DNA of 64,000 bases from a virus (taxonomy: Duplodnaviria; Caudoviricetes), in IMG/VR virus record IMGVR_UViG_3300012979_000031, positions 1-64,000 of that record; one strand, given 5' to 3'. The translations under genes and the position numbers were made by a program. Below the pieces are notes generated by a model, which had not been told where the DNA came from, searched no databases, and worked only from the letters and a program-made list of their open reading frames with translations. This document shows, one piece after another, positions 8,870 to 18,855 of this stretch; positions within the stretch are counted from its first letter, which is position 1, and every line of letters begins with the position of its first letter.

Positions 8870-10090
8870 TTAATATGATGCAATAGCTTTAAATACTACA
8901 CTTCTCTCACCTTCAGTCTTTGTTCCTTCGAATAACGGTAGGTAAACTCTCTCTAGTGCATCTCCAAGTTTCCAACCATCTCGAATCAACTCAGCAACCA
9001 TTAATGACTCACGAATACTTAGACTCGTTGAAATCTGCTGCTTCATTGCTAAACTTCTAATGTTATTTGTAATCTTAACAATCAACTGAGAAGTAGCATT
9101 GTCAATACCACATCTAGTAGTCAATACATCAATCTCCTCATTTACAGGAATATATGTTAACTCTAGTGGCATAAATCGATTGAGAAGAGCTCTATCTATC
9201 GCATTTGTTCCAGTATACTCACAACCAATATTAGCTGTAGCAATAAAACAAACCTCTGGATGAACCTTAATCTCTCTACAATCTTCACTAGATGCTACTT
9301 CAATACTCAACTTTCTACGATCATCTAGACATGGAAATAGTACATTATTGGTTGCTAGTGGTGCACGTGATAATTCATCCAATAAAATTACACATGGCTC
9401 CTGAATAGCTTTCGTAAACTCCGCATAATCAAATACAGACTTTCCTCCTTCTAGTCTATGTACTCCAAGCAAACTAGATATAGGATCAATCATAGAACCC
9501 ATATCAAATACATACAACTTCTTTCCTAATCTATCACAAGCCTCTTTAACTGCAGTAGTCTTTCCAACACCACAAGGACCAATGATCATAGTATTAACAC
9601 TCTTCTTAATATTTCTAACAAGCAAGTTCCAATCTCCACTTGACATGTAAAATCCATCCTTCTTTGATGATGGAGCCTGTAGAGTAACATCACTAATCAA
9701 CTCATCCAAGAATGTAGAAACTTTAGCTTTAGGCGTTGTTGTTGATTTTGATTCCACCTCATCTACAAATGGACAACCCATCATTAGTCGTTTGTAGGCG
9801 TTCTGAACTTCTTCACTTGCAGATTCACCTAGTACACCATTAATGTTAACAGAATAATAGAAATTTCCTTCCTTACATCTCTTAGTGCACTTTAGTAGAT
9901 TGTCGTTGATAGCATAATAAATACTTCCCGCCGAAAGCTCACTAGCAATAGATTCAACGTCTTTTCCACCAATCTTGATAGTCTTTGTGCAGTCTATTCC
10001 TTCTTCACCTAAAGTCTGGCCTGGAAGTGCTACTAGTCTAATGTGCTTTCTCATCTGAACTGCCTTGAAAAAATAATAATTATTCTCCAT
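8870..10090 (-). CDS. MoxR/CobS-like AAA+ ATPase
   Basis: GPCGVGKT, ILLDELSR, IATAN, DRALLNRF. Confidence 0.9.
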   Translation of the reverse strand: MENNYYFFKAVQMRKHIRLVALPGQTLGEEGIDCTKTIKIGGKDVESIASELSAGSIYYAINDNLLKCTKRCKEGNFYYSVNINGVLGESASEEVQNAYKRLMMGCPFVDEVESKSTTTPKAKVSTFLDELISDVTLQAPSSKKDGFYMSSGDWNLLVRNIKKSVNTMIIGPCGVGKTTAVKEACDRLGKKLYVFDMGSMIDPISSLLGVHRLEGGKSVFDYAEFTKAIQEPCVILLDELSRAPLATNNVLFPCLDDRRKLSIEVASSEDCREIKVHPEVCFIATANIGCEYTGTNAIDRALLNRFMPLELTYIPVNEEIDVLTTRCGIDNATSQLIVKITNNIRSLAMKQQISTSLSIRESLMVAELIRDGWKLGDALERVYLPLFEGTKTEGERSVVFKAIASY

Positions 10091-10234
10091 TGTTTAAAAT
10101 TTTTATATAATTAGAAAAATAAAATTTAATTATCATTTAGTTATTTATTTTTATTTATCATCATCTAATTATAAGAAATTGGGCGGGTTGAAAAAAAAGA
10201 GAAAGACTATCCCTAATCTCTCTCTTTATCTTAT

Positions 10235-10780
10235 TTATTCTTTATTCTTTCTACCATCATATAACTTCTTGGCACCATACGTAGCTAGTAATCCCGCTCC
10301 CGCAACTGCACTACCCTTAAGTAATCCTCTACCAATACCCTTCTCTAGTACAAGATCTTTTCCAAGTACTTTCTCTCGATTACTTAAGTATCCTTTCTTT
10401 AATTCTTCTGTAGATTTCTTCAAAGTTTCTACTCCACTCTTGTTTTTCTCAATTAGGTTACGGATCTCTTGTGCATTATTCTCTCCTATACCCTTCAAAA
10501 TCTTATCCTTTCCTAATTTCTTCTCTAAAAACTCATACTCCTTCTTAGCTCTTTCTAGATTTTCTGTAGACTTATTGTAGGCTTGCTTGGATGATGTATA
10601 ACTCTCTCCACCCTTCTTATCTACATATTTCTCAAAAGACTTCTTACCTTGATTATAACCTACTCCAAGAGAACCTAATACTCCAGCACTCAAACCTAAA
10701 GCCTCTAATCCAGCTCTAGTATTACTCTTCTTGCCTTCCTCACTATTCTCTCCAAATACTTTTAATCTAAATTGTATCAT
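10235..10780 (-). CDS. leader-bearing Gly-zipper protein (MIQFRLKVFG)
   Basis: Two Gly-rich helices; YGAKKLYDGRKNKE tail. Confidence 0.7.
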   Translation of the reverse strand: MIQFRLKVFGENSEEGKKSNTRAGLEALGLSAGVLGSLGVGYNQGKKSFEKYVDKKGGESYTSSKQAYNKSTENLERAKKEYEFLEKKLGKDKILKGIGENNAQEIRNLIEKNKSGVETLKKSTEELKKGYLSNREKVLGKDLVLEKGIGRGLLKGSAVAGAGLLATYGAKKLYDGRKNKE

Positions 10781-10781
10781 A

Positions 10782-11324
10782 TTATATACTTTCTATAAAT
10801 TTAAAAACAATATCACTTCCTATTATACCTATTATTCCAAGCTCTTCCCAAAATATAATAGAATTGCTCTGAGAATATCCTAACCTACTTCCCTTTATTA
10901 CCAACCCAAGAACTAAACATACTCCTAAGATCGGTAATATCCACAATTTTCCTAGGCCGATGAGATAGAATAGGCAAATTAATATGGCTCCTGTAAATGA
11001 ACCTACTTTATGTATAACCAGATCTCGTTTACTCTCCTCTCCTGGAAAATAACTATAATACCCAGCTAAACTCAATCCCCCCAATCCGGCAGATGCTAAG
11101 ATAGGCCAAAAACTAAAATCTTGAAATGTATAGATGGTCGGAAAATAATAACTTAACCAACCCATTACACTACATATCGTTACTTGCCACCATCTATATC
11201 TCCCTGACCATTCTGCAGTTACTGATAAGCTCTGCGGAATTACTCTATATCTACACAAAAAACATATGATATACACTAAGAATGCAACTAACGATAATAA
11301 ACTGATTGAATGTAAAATTATCAT
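10782..11324 (-). CDS. multi-pass membrane protein
   Basis: 5-6 hydrophobic segments; start at MIILHS; canonical TATCTTTG (TAnnTTTG) at 11354-11347. Confidence 0.65.
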   Translation of the reverse strand: MIILHSISLLSLVAFLVYIICFLCRYRVIPQSLSVTAEWSGRYRWWQVTICSVMGWLSYYFPTIYTFQDFSFWPILASAGLGGLSLAGYYSYFPGEESKRDLVIHKVGSFTGAILICLFYLIGLGKLWILPILGVCLVLGLVIKGSRLGYSQSNSIIFWEELGIIGIIGSDIVFKFIESI

Positions 11325-11382
11325 AAAACTACTTTTTATTATCCTACAAAGATAGGAGATTTGTCTTATTTTTCGTCGCTGC

Positions 11383-11794
11383 GGGAGGCGTAGCGTCCTC
11401 CCATCTCCACTCCCGTCCCCAGGTCGCTCCGATGGTGAGAACTTGAACAAACCCCCGGAGGGTGTTTATTATTCCCCTTATATCTCTCTTATTATGTTTA
11501 TCCGAAGGATATCAATAATCAATGTTGACTTTAGGAAAGATTGATTATTAGAGAAAAAGAACACGCTTAAAACCACTTTAGGGGTTTTGAGAGGTGAAAA
11601 TTAAAGTGTCTAATTTTTTTTCTGGTATATCTTTTATTAGGTATGAGTAAATTCTGTCCATTAAATTAGACAATTTCGCTGATTTATTCCCATTAAACTC
11701 TTAATAATGATAAATAAATTTTTATAAAACAAAGAAATTATATGAACAGTAGCTAATCAATTATTACTTTACACTTAGGGACGCTTCGCCTCCC
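11383..11794. repeat. intergenic region bounded by 16-bp inverted repeats (putative origin or element end)
   Basis: GGGAGGCGTAGCGTCC (11383-11398) vs GGACGCTTCGCCTCCC (11779-11794), 15/16 complementary; internal inverted TGTCTAATTT/AAATTAGACA. Confidence 0.55.
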
Positions 11795-11843
11795 TTAGCG
11801 AGAAATTATTAGACATTTTAACAAAATTTAACAGTTTATCACA

Positions 11844-13823
11844 ATGAATAAAAGTAATATAAAGGTGCCGAGAGGCGTAAGATTTATGAGTGAGTGGAAG
11901 GACTTTGTTATTCCAGATTACCCATGTATCATTGATAAGAAAATCCCAGGTTGTGGTTTTACAGAGTATTGTCTAACCAATCCTGAAGACATTATTCTTT
12001 GTTCTCCAAGAAAAATATTATTAGAGAATAAAGAAGGACAGCATCTTAAAGAAGTTTTATACGTTAAGAATGAACTAGATCAAGATGAATCGGTAGATAA
12101 AGATCTAGAAAAGCTAACAAAAAGTTCTGTAAAGATTCCAACTAAAAGAGTAGATATAACTGCTGAAGAAAAAAGAATAAAAATAATTGAAACTTTAAAA
12201 TCTCAAATAAAAACCTATGTAGATCAATGTTATTGTGAGGGAAAACCTATAAAAATTCTAGTTACATATGATTCATTCAGATTAGTAAAAGAAACTCTTG
12301 GTAATCAGATAAAGAATTTTAGAATAGTTATAGACGAGTTTCAGAGTATTTTTACGGACTCTAGGTTTAAATCAGATACGGAACTTTCTTTTATGTGTCA
12401 CTTACATGGATTACAAAAAGTTAGTTTTATATCTGCTACACCTATGATAGAGAGATATCTGGAACAAGTTGATGAGTTTAAGAATCTTCCATACATTGAA
12501 CTAGATTGGGAAAGTGAGGATCCTTGTAGAGTACTTAAACCAGACTTGAAAGTAAGAACCTGTAGAAGTGTAAATGAACCTTCTTATGAAATTATTAATA
12601 AATATCTAAAGGGGGAGTTTGAAAGTGTTAGTTATAGGGATGAACAAGGAAATATACAAACTATTGAGTCTAAGGAAGTTTGTATATATGTAAATTCAGT
12701 AGTTAATATTATTGGAATTATAAAGAAGTGTGAATTAAAACCAGAACAGTGTAATATCTTAGTGGCTAATACTCCAGATAATAAAAAGAAATTAAAAAAG
12801 AGATTAGGAAAAAAGTGGGATATAGGTAAAGTTCCGTTAAAAGGTCAGCCTCATAAGATGTTCACTTTTTGCACAAGAACAGTTTACCTAGGAGCTGATT
12901 TCTACTCAACTAATGCTAGGACAGTTATACTAAGTGATGCAAGTGTTGAAACATTAGCCGTTGATATCTCTCTAGATCTTCCACAAATTCTAGGTAGACA
13001 AAGGTTAAATGAGAATCCTTGGAAAAATAGAGCTGAGTTTTATTATAAGATAGGAACTAAGAAACTGACACAAGATGAATTTAATGCTTATATCAATGTT
13101 AAGTTAAAAAAGACTGATGAATTATTAGAGATATATAATCTAGCTCCAGGAAAACACACGCTAACTGAGAAGTATAGAAAAGATACTATTGCCTCTAATT
13201 ATAAAGATGACTACGTAGCTATCAATGAACATTCTGGAAAAGATATGTTCCCAGTTTTTAATAACCTAGTAAAGATTGCAGAACAGAGAGCTTTTGATAT
13301 ACAGCAGATTGATTATAAAGACCGATTTACTGTCTTCAATACTTTAGTTAATCAAGGGTTGGTTGCAGAAGGTTCAAAGATAAAAAATTTCTTAGAAGAG
13401 TTTGAGGATAGGCAAAATTTTAATGACAAAATGAAATTCTTGTGTGAAAGTAAGGTTAACCTAAGTGAAGATGAGATGAATGTAGTATTAGATCAAGTAC
13501 CATTATCTTATAAAAATTATTTTCTATCTATTGGACCAGAACGTTGTAGAGCACTTGGGTATAATATTACAAAAATTAGAAAAGAGTTTGAAGATCTTTT
13601 TAAAGTTGGTGATCGATCTAGTAAAGTCTTTAGTGAATTTACGGTTGGAGAATCATATACAAGAAAAGAAATAAAAGAAAAACTTGGAAAAATATATTCA
13701 GATCTTGGAATAATGAAAGCTCCAAAAGCCACAGATCTAGAGGAGTTTTTCGAGATTAAAGTGTGTAAAATAAACGAAGGGAAAATAAGAGTTAATGGTT
13801 ATAAAATTGAAAAGAAGCTATGA
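11844..13823 (+). CDS. SF2 helicase-like protein with degenerate Walker A and C-terminal DNA-binding-like domain
   Basis: PGCGFT (motif I), IDEFQ (II), SATP (III), LGADFY, QILGRQR (VI). Confidence 0.65.
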   Translation: MNKSNIKVPRGVRFMSEWKDFVIPDYPCIIDKKIPGCGFTEYCLTNPEDIILCSPRKILLENKEGQHLKEVLYVKNELDQDESVDKDLEKLTKSSVKIPTKRVDITAEEKRIKIIETLKSQIKTYVDQCYCEGKPIKILVTYDSFRLVKETLGNQIKNFRIVIDEFQSIFTDSRFKSDTELSFMCHLHGLQKVSFISATPMIERYLEQVDEFKNLPYIELDWESEDPCRVLKPDLKVRTCRSVNEPSYEIINKYLKGEFESVSYRDEQGNIQTIESKEVCIYVNSVVNIIGIIKKCELKPEQCNILVANTPDNKKKLKKRLGKKWDIGKVPLKGQPHKMFTFCTRTVYLGADFYSTNARTVILSDASVETLAVDISLDLPQILGRQRLNENPWKNRAEFYYKIGTKKLTQDEFNAYINVKLKKTDELLEIYNLAPGKHTLTEKYRKDTIASNYKDDYVAINEHSGKDMFPVFNNLVKIAEQRAFDIQQIDYKDRFTVFNTLVNQGLVAEGSKIKNFLEEFEDRQNFNDKMKFLCESKVNLSEDEMNVVLDQVPLSYKNYFLSIGPERCRALGYNITKIRKEFEDLFKVGDRSSKVFSEFTVGESYTRKEIKEKLGKIYSDLGIMKAPKATDLEEFFEIKVCKINEGKIRVNGYKIEKKL

Positions 13824-14857
13824 TTTATTTAATTAAAAGTGTAGGAAGAGATAAGAATGATAATAAGATAAAGTCATTCTTAAAGATAGGCTATTCAGAG
13901 GATAAGGTGTTTAAAAATAGATTAAATAATTACTATCTTCATAATCCTCATTGTGACCTACTATATAAAATTCCAGGAGGTACACAAGATCAAGAGAAAT
14001 TACTACATTATAAGTTTAAAAATTACTTAGTATATAGAAAAGAGTGGTTTATCGATGATAGTGGAGAGATTATAGACTTTTTTAAAACCCACCCCACTGT
14101 AGAGTCATTAGAACAAGAATTTGGAACGGCTAAACCTACGTATTTCATTAGGGACATTACAGGAAAGGTAACAAAAGAATTTAAAGAGATTAAAGTTGGC
14201 ATAAAATCAATTCTTTGTAAGTTCTATAATCGTCAAGTAGTTCCAGAGAGTTTTAATATGAAAGAGTTACTTACATTATATAAAACTACTTCAGATAAGT
14301 ATATTAAGGAAATAGGTAGGACTATCTTCAGTATAGAGGATTTTAAGAAAAGTTTTACTGAAGGTAACCTAGATGATTGTTCAGTAGATATAGAAAATAG
14401 TGTAGTCTTAAATTTCTTAGAAGAGTTTGAAGAACAGCCAACCTTTTATTTTAAAATGAAGCTATTATGCGAAAGAAAGTTTAATAGTGAAGAGATTAGT
14501 ATTATCCTAGATCAAATTCCAATAAATTACAAATTCTATTATACAACTTTAGGCCCAGAAAGATGTAGAGCTAATGGTTATTGTAGTACTGTAATTGAAA
14601 AGGAGTATAAAAACTTATTTACAATTAAAGGCAGTATAGAGGATATCAATAATAAAATATATAGTGAATTTCTGGAAGGAGAAGTTTATACATTAAAGTC
14701 TATAAAGGAAAAATTAGCTGAAATCTACAAAGACTTTGGATTAACTATTACACCTAAAGCTGTTAATATTACTAAGTATTTCGAAATAAAGGATAGTAAA
14801 ATAACAATAAAAGGTAAAAGAGTTCATGCATTTAAGTTAGTAAAAAAGAAAGATTAA
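13820..14857 (+). CDS. T5orf172/GIY-YIG-like nuclease-domain protein with shared C-terminal domain
   Basis: MIYLIK..LKIGYS..RL..Y..HNP..EK.LH..F..EWF; C-terminal half resembles the end of 11844..13823. Confidence 0.65.
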   Translation: MIYLIKSVGRDKNDNKIKSFLKIGYSEDKVFKNRLNNYYLHNPHCDLLYKIPGGTQDQEKLLHYKFKNYLVYRKEWFIDDSGEIIDFFKTHPTVESLEQEFGTAKPTYFIRDITGKVTKEFKEIKVGIKSILCKFYNRQVVPESFNMKELLTLYKTTSDKYIKEIGRTIFSIEDFKKSFTEGNLDDCSVDIENSVVLNFLEEFEEQPTFYFKMKLLCERKFNSEEISIILDQIPINYKFYYTTLGPERCRANGYCSTVIEKEYKNLFTIKGSIEDINNKIYSEFLEGEVYTLKSIKEKLAEIYKDFGLTITPKAVNITKYFEIKDSKITIKGKRVHAFKLVKKKD

Positions 14858-14921
14858 GAAAAAAAAAGCAGGATAGATACCGACGTAATGTTAGTACCTA
14901 TCGCTGTTTATATTTTTTTTT

Positions 14922-15134
14922 TTAGTGTTTATTAGCGTGATATGCCCCTAAAGCAGCTTCCGCATCAGCCTTAGAATCATAATGAGCGTTCCAGAATTCA
15001 GGTTGAGATTGTTTATAGGAAATTATTCTCCAGCTTCCGTGTTTATCTTTCTGAATTACTCCTGACTTTTTACCTTCTTTAGCTATGTCTTCCGGAACCT
15101 TTTCTCTGAATGTCTTTAGTCTTAATATTATCAT
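14922..15134 (-). CDS. 70-aa leader-bearing protein (MIILRLKTFR)
   Basis: Start reassigned to the leader ATG; overlaps the end of the 731-aa ORF by 56 nt. Confidence 0.65.
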   Translation of the reverse strand: MIILRLKTFREKVPEDIAKEGKKSGVIQKDKHGSWRIISYKQSQPEFWNAHYDSKADAEAALGAYHANKH

Positions 15135-17274
15135 AGTGTTTTTCCAAGTTTCTGTAATATTCAAGGTCTTTCTTATTATCTCGTTTCTTTTTGATATAGT
15201 AAGTAGTTCCAGCAGCAGCACCTAAGCCAACAGGGTATTTAAGAACTTTTAATTTTCCGGTTATTCCAGGTCTTTCCCAGTTCTTATTAATCCAAGCTCC
15301 TGCATCTTCTATTCGATTTTCTAGTTGTTGTCTTCTATCTTTTCCGAATAGCCAATTACCGACTTTAGAATCTCTATATTTCTGGTAAGTTCTTTCTATC
15401 TTATCCAACCAATCAGAGTTCTTAGAATAATCACTTAAGACAGACATTCCAAGACCAGTACCGCCAGCAACCCCCAAGCCTGTAAGAATAGATTTTCCGA
15501 TAGGCTTTTTATTTTCTTCCTTCTCTAATCTCTTCTTTCTTGATTCGGCTTTATAAGTGATAGCATTAGTTTTACCTTCTGCGATATCTTTTTCTGTATT
15601 TCGTCTTGCATCGAGTCTAGATTTAGTATTTATATAAGCAGCTCTATCACCAGCCAAACCACCAGCAATAGCAGTAGCAATACCTCCACGAATAGCTGCA
15701 TCTTTTATAGCCTGATCTTTATAACCTGGAACTACAAAACCTATTCTCTCACCGGTTCTTAAAGCATTCTTAGCACCTCTAACCAAACCAGCCCCTACAC
15801 TAGCTACTTCACTTCCAGGGACAGCTCTTGATAATGCTCTAGTACTCGTATATCCCGTTAGACCTCTAAATAATACACTCTTTAACTTACTTAGGTCGAA
15901 TCTATAACGCTCTTTAGCCCACAATGCTCCAGCGGCAGTACCTAAAGCGGCTCCACTTACAGTACCAGTTAATCTACCGCTTCGTGTAGCATTCCTAAGT
16001 ATAGATTCATCTCCTTTTCCTTCCTGGTCTGCTTTATTTGCTGCTTTAGCTCCGATTCTACCTCCGACTGCACCACTAACTTGTCCGGCTGCAATATTTA
16101 GTGGGTTATTACTTCTGAAACCTAAGATAGAACCTCTGACTCTACTAGTTTCTGCACCGTTCGAAGATTCTATATTACTTAGGGCTATGATGTGTTTTTT
16201 ATTTTTACTTTCACCATCTACCTTAGCACCACCATTCATTATCTTAGAAGTAGCATAAGATCCACCTCCTAAAACAACTCCTGGGACCATAGCAGCACTA
16301 GCAACAACAGCTTTACCACCAAGACCTCTATTCCATCTAGCGGCCATCTTGGAACCTATCTTAGCAATCTTATTATATCTCCTAGTATCAATTCCGGTAA
16401 ATAATTCTTGGATACGCATTGCTTGTTTAGGTTTGCGTTCTGCCAATTTTATTAACCAGTCCGGGATAAAACGTCTTGTAATTTTAGCGGTTGGTCCGAA
16501 AACATTAGCAAGCCCTTTATCAATATAGGAGGCTCTTTTACTTGCATTGACTTCATCAGAGATTTCAGCTACTGCATCTATAACTTTTCTACTTCCCTTT
16601 AATACATTCCCTGGTAGTTTAGATATCTTAGCAGCACCGTATATTCCAGCGGCTCCTAGTCCAGTTCCAATCACTCCTCCGGCAATAGCTTTTTTCTTAG
16701 CATCATGACCTTGAGTGAATTTTCTACCCCTTACTAGTTCTTCCTGTCCCGGTGTAAACTCTTGATAATTATGAACTCCACCATTCTTTTTATCTTTGTT
16801 ATCATAGTAGTGTCTTAGAGCAACCTGTTTAACTCCTATAGCCCCTGGAAGAATAGATCCGACTGCTAGTACTTTACCTTTTCCTAAGACTCCTCCATGT
16901 TTCCAGTTTTTTCTAGTCCAATGAGAGGCTTCTGCTAATCTTCCTAGACCAGTTAATACAGTTTTACCAACCCCCGGAGCATATTTTATAGTTCTCTGAG
17001 TAATCTTGCCTAAAGTAGAGTTTGCGTTTTTTACTCCTAGTTTTTCTGTAAGATTAGTAGTTGGTTTAGTAGGGCTAGGGCTTATCTTTATCTTATTTTT
17101 TCTTTCTCTGAGGAACTTTGATAACTTTGCCGCTAATTTTACTCTATCATATCTACCAGCTCTATAAAGTCCATAACCAACTAATCCAGAGGTAGCTGCA
17201 GCATTACCTATCTTATAGCCTGATGACAGATACCTTTTTTCATCCTCTGTTTGTGTTGTATTATTTTTCTTCAT
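15079..17274 (-). CDS. 731-aa multi-module Gly-zipper basic protein (polyprotein-like)
   Basis: Many Gly/Ala-rich hydrophobic helices each followed by K/R-rich stretches; three W-x-x-G-x-x-G-K modules. Confidence 0.7.
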   Translation of the reverse strand: MKKNNTTQTEDEKRYLSSGYKIGNAAATSGLVGYGLYRAGRYDRVKLAAKLSKFLRERKNKIKISPSPTKPTTNLTEKLGVKNANSTLGKITQRTIKYAPGVGKTVLTGLGRLAEASHWTRKNWKHGGVLGKGKVLAVGSILPGAIGVKQVALRHYYDNKDKKNGGVHNYQEFTPGQEELVRGRKFTQGHDAKKKAIAGGVIGTGLGAAGIYGAAKISKLPGNVLKGSRKVIDAVAEISDEVNASKRASYIDKGLANVFGPTAKITRRFIPDWLIKLAERKPKQAMRIQELFTGIDTRRYNKIAKIGSKMAARWNRGLGGKAVVASAAMVPGVVLGGGSYATSKIMNGGAKVDGESKNKKHIIALSNIESSNGAETSRVRGSILGFRSNNPLNIAAGQVSGAVGGRIGAKAANKADQEGKGDESILRNATRSGRLTGTVSGAALGTAAGALWAKERYRFDLSKLKSVLFRGLTGYTSTRALSRAVPGSEVASVGAGLVRGAKNALRTGERIGFVVPGYKDQAIKDAAIRGGIATAIAGGLAGDRAAYINTKSRLDARRNTEKDIAEGKTNAITYKAESRKKRLEKEENKKPIGKSILTGLGVAGGTGLGMSVLSDYSKNSDWLDKIERTYQKYRDSKVGNWLFGKDRRQQLENRIEDAGAWINKNWERPGITGKLKVLKYPVGLGAAAGTTYYIKKKRDNKKDLEYYRNLEKHYDNIKTKDIQRKGSGRHS

Positions 17275-17275
17275 A

Positions 17276-18046
17276 TCATATTTCTCTTAGATTATTATTA
17301 ACATAGTTATTATGTTGACTTAGTTTAACAGCCCCCACTATACCTCCTACACCAGCAACTTTTACTAGTTTATCTTTGTGTTTTTCTATTGGAGTTAAGT
17401 TATGTTTTAGCTTAGGGTGTTCCACTAATTGTTCATTCTGGTATATATTATACAATCTATACCTTCTGTCTGTATAATATCTTTTAGCTCCGTTCTTTCT
17501 TATTTCAACTTGTTTAGATTTATTGAGTATATATTTATTTTTAGTTTCCTGATCTATTGCTGAGTTTTGAATTCTTTGAACAGCTTCCTTAAATTCTTTA
17601 TCAATTATTTCATGTTCTTTTTTAATCAGCTCCTGTATGTCTTCAAAAACTGCTTTCCTTTCCTGTTTTACTTTCTTAGCTAGATTACTTCTTCTTTTCT
17701 TCAGTACATATTTTTCGATCAGACTAAGACCTTCATAATCTTTTCTAGCAAAGGTTTTTTCTTTCCAGTTTTCGATATTTTCTTTAACGGTATCTATAGA
17801 GTCTCTCATCTTCTCTCTTCTACGTTTTTCTTTCTTAGCTATCCCCGCATTAATACCTGTCTTTATAGTTCCGATCAAGCTTTCTACAGACTTTTTATTC
17901 TTTTTCCAGTATTTTTTATTTTGTTCATAGCTATCAATAGTAAAATCAAGAGTACTATCATCAGCTAATACTGGATTAGTCAAGAATCCTCTAGCATTAT
18001 ATCCGGCTGGTCTACTAGAGTATATGTTTTGTCTTAATATTATCAT
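17276..18046 (-). CDS. leader-bearing basic protein with C-terminal Gly zipper (MIILRQNIYS)
   Basis: Leader, internal KTFA, VAGVGGIVGAV. Confidence 0.7.
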   Translation of the reverse strand: MIILRQNIYSSRPAGYNARGFLTNPVLADDSTLDFTIDSYEQNKKYWKKNKKSVESLIGTIKTGINAGIAKKEKRRREKMRDSIDTVKENIENWKEKTFARKDYEGLSLIEKYVLKKRRSNLAKKVKQERKAVFEDIQELIKKEHEIIDKEFKEAVQRIQNSAIDQETKNKYILNKSKQVEIRKNGAKRYYTDRRYRLYNIYQNEQLVEHPKLKHNLTPIEKHKDKLVKVAGVGGIVGAVKLSQHNNYVNNNLREI

Positions 18047-18072
18047 AGTATTATAGTATTATAGGTTTTTCT

Positions 18073-18130
18073 CTATTATAAGACGGGTGATATATTTTTA
18101 TTGTTTTTTATAAATGTTGCCTTACTTATG
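18073..18130. promoter_or_regulatory. divergent pair of CTTA-N4-T[GA]-type promoter motifs
   Basis: CTTATAATAG (-, 18082-18073) and CTTACTTATG (+, 18121-18130); same motif precedes about 17 transcription units. Confidence 0.6.
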
Positions 18131-18157
18131 ATTAACAAATAAAGGGAGGATTATAGT

Positions 18158-18850
18158 ATGAAGCTAGATAGTGTAAATCCGTTCGATGATCCAGAATTCA
18201 AGAGGTCAATACTAGAGAGTTCAGGGGTAGAAGAAGCAACAGTAATAGATAGTGAGAGTGATGATGATTTGAACCTAAAAGGAATAATCTCTTCTGCACC
18301 GTCTATTCCGAAAGCTGCGAAAAACTTAATATTAGACGCATCTTCATTAGCTAAGAATCAGAAAGAGCAGAAGGCTATAGAAATGAATAATGCCCTTAAT
18401 GATGTTTTCTCGAATTATAATAAAGAATATGGCACTAATTTACAGATAGACTTTACTAATTTATCAAAGACTTTAGTAAATGTGAGTGATCCGGAGACTA
18501 GGAAGACTTTAGAGCTTTATGTATCAGAGGTTTTTCGTACAATCCGACCTATCATATTACTACACTTGATTAATAAACTTGTACAGGCTATAGATTATGC
18601 TACACAGCCCGAGAGAATGTTTGATGCTAATTCTTTTACACCGGCAGATACGTTTTTGATAGTAGAGAAGTTAATGCTATATATAGATCAGCTTAACACT
18701 CTATATGAATCTACGGCTATCAAGGATTCAGATCAGATATTGAAGAAGATCAGTGAGAGTAAGAAGGATAGTACGATGGAAAGTGAAGAGAGTAAGAAGA
18801 CTGTTGAGGAGTTTTTAGCATTATTCAAGAGAGATAGTGGAATAAAGTAA
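18158..18850 (+). CDS. acidic helical protein, possibly terminase small subunit or other head-assembly factor
   Basis: First gene of the head operon, with promoter motif and GGAGG; function inferred from position only. Confidence 0.4.
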   Translation: MKLDSVNPFDDPEFKRSILESSGVEEATVIDSESDDDLNLKGIISSAPSIPKAAKNLILDASSLAKNQKEQKAIEMNNALNDVFSNYNKEYGTNLQIDFTNLSKTLVNVSDPETRKTLELYVSEVFRTIRPIILLHLINKLVQAIDYATQPERMFDANSFTPADTFLIVEKLMLYIDQLNTLYESTAIKDSDQILKKISESKKDSTMESEESKKTVEEFLALFKRDSGIK

Positions 18851-18855
18851 AGATT

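Noticed and set aside
11325-11450. N-terminal extension of the 10782..11450 ORF
   Set aside because: It runs through a GC-rich hairpin region and over a TAnnTTTG promoter; ATG 11324 is the better start
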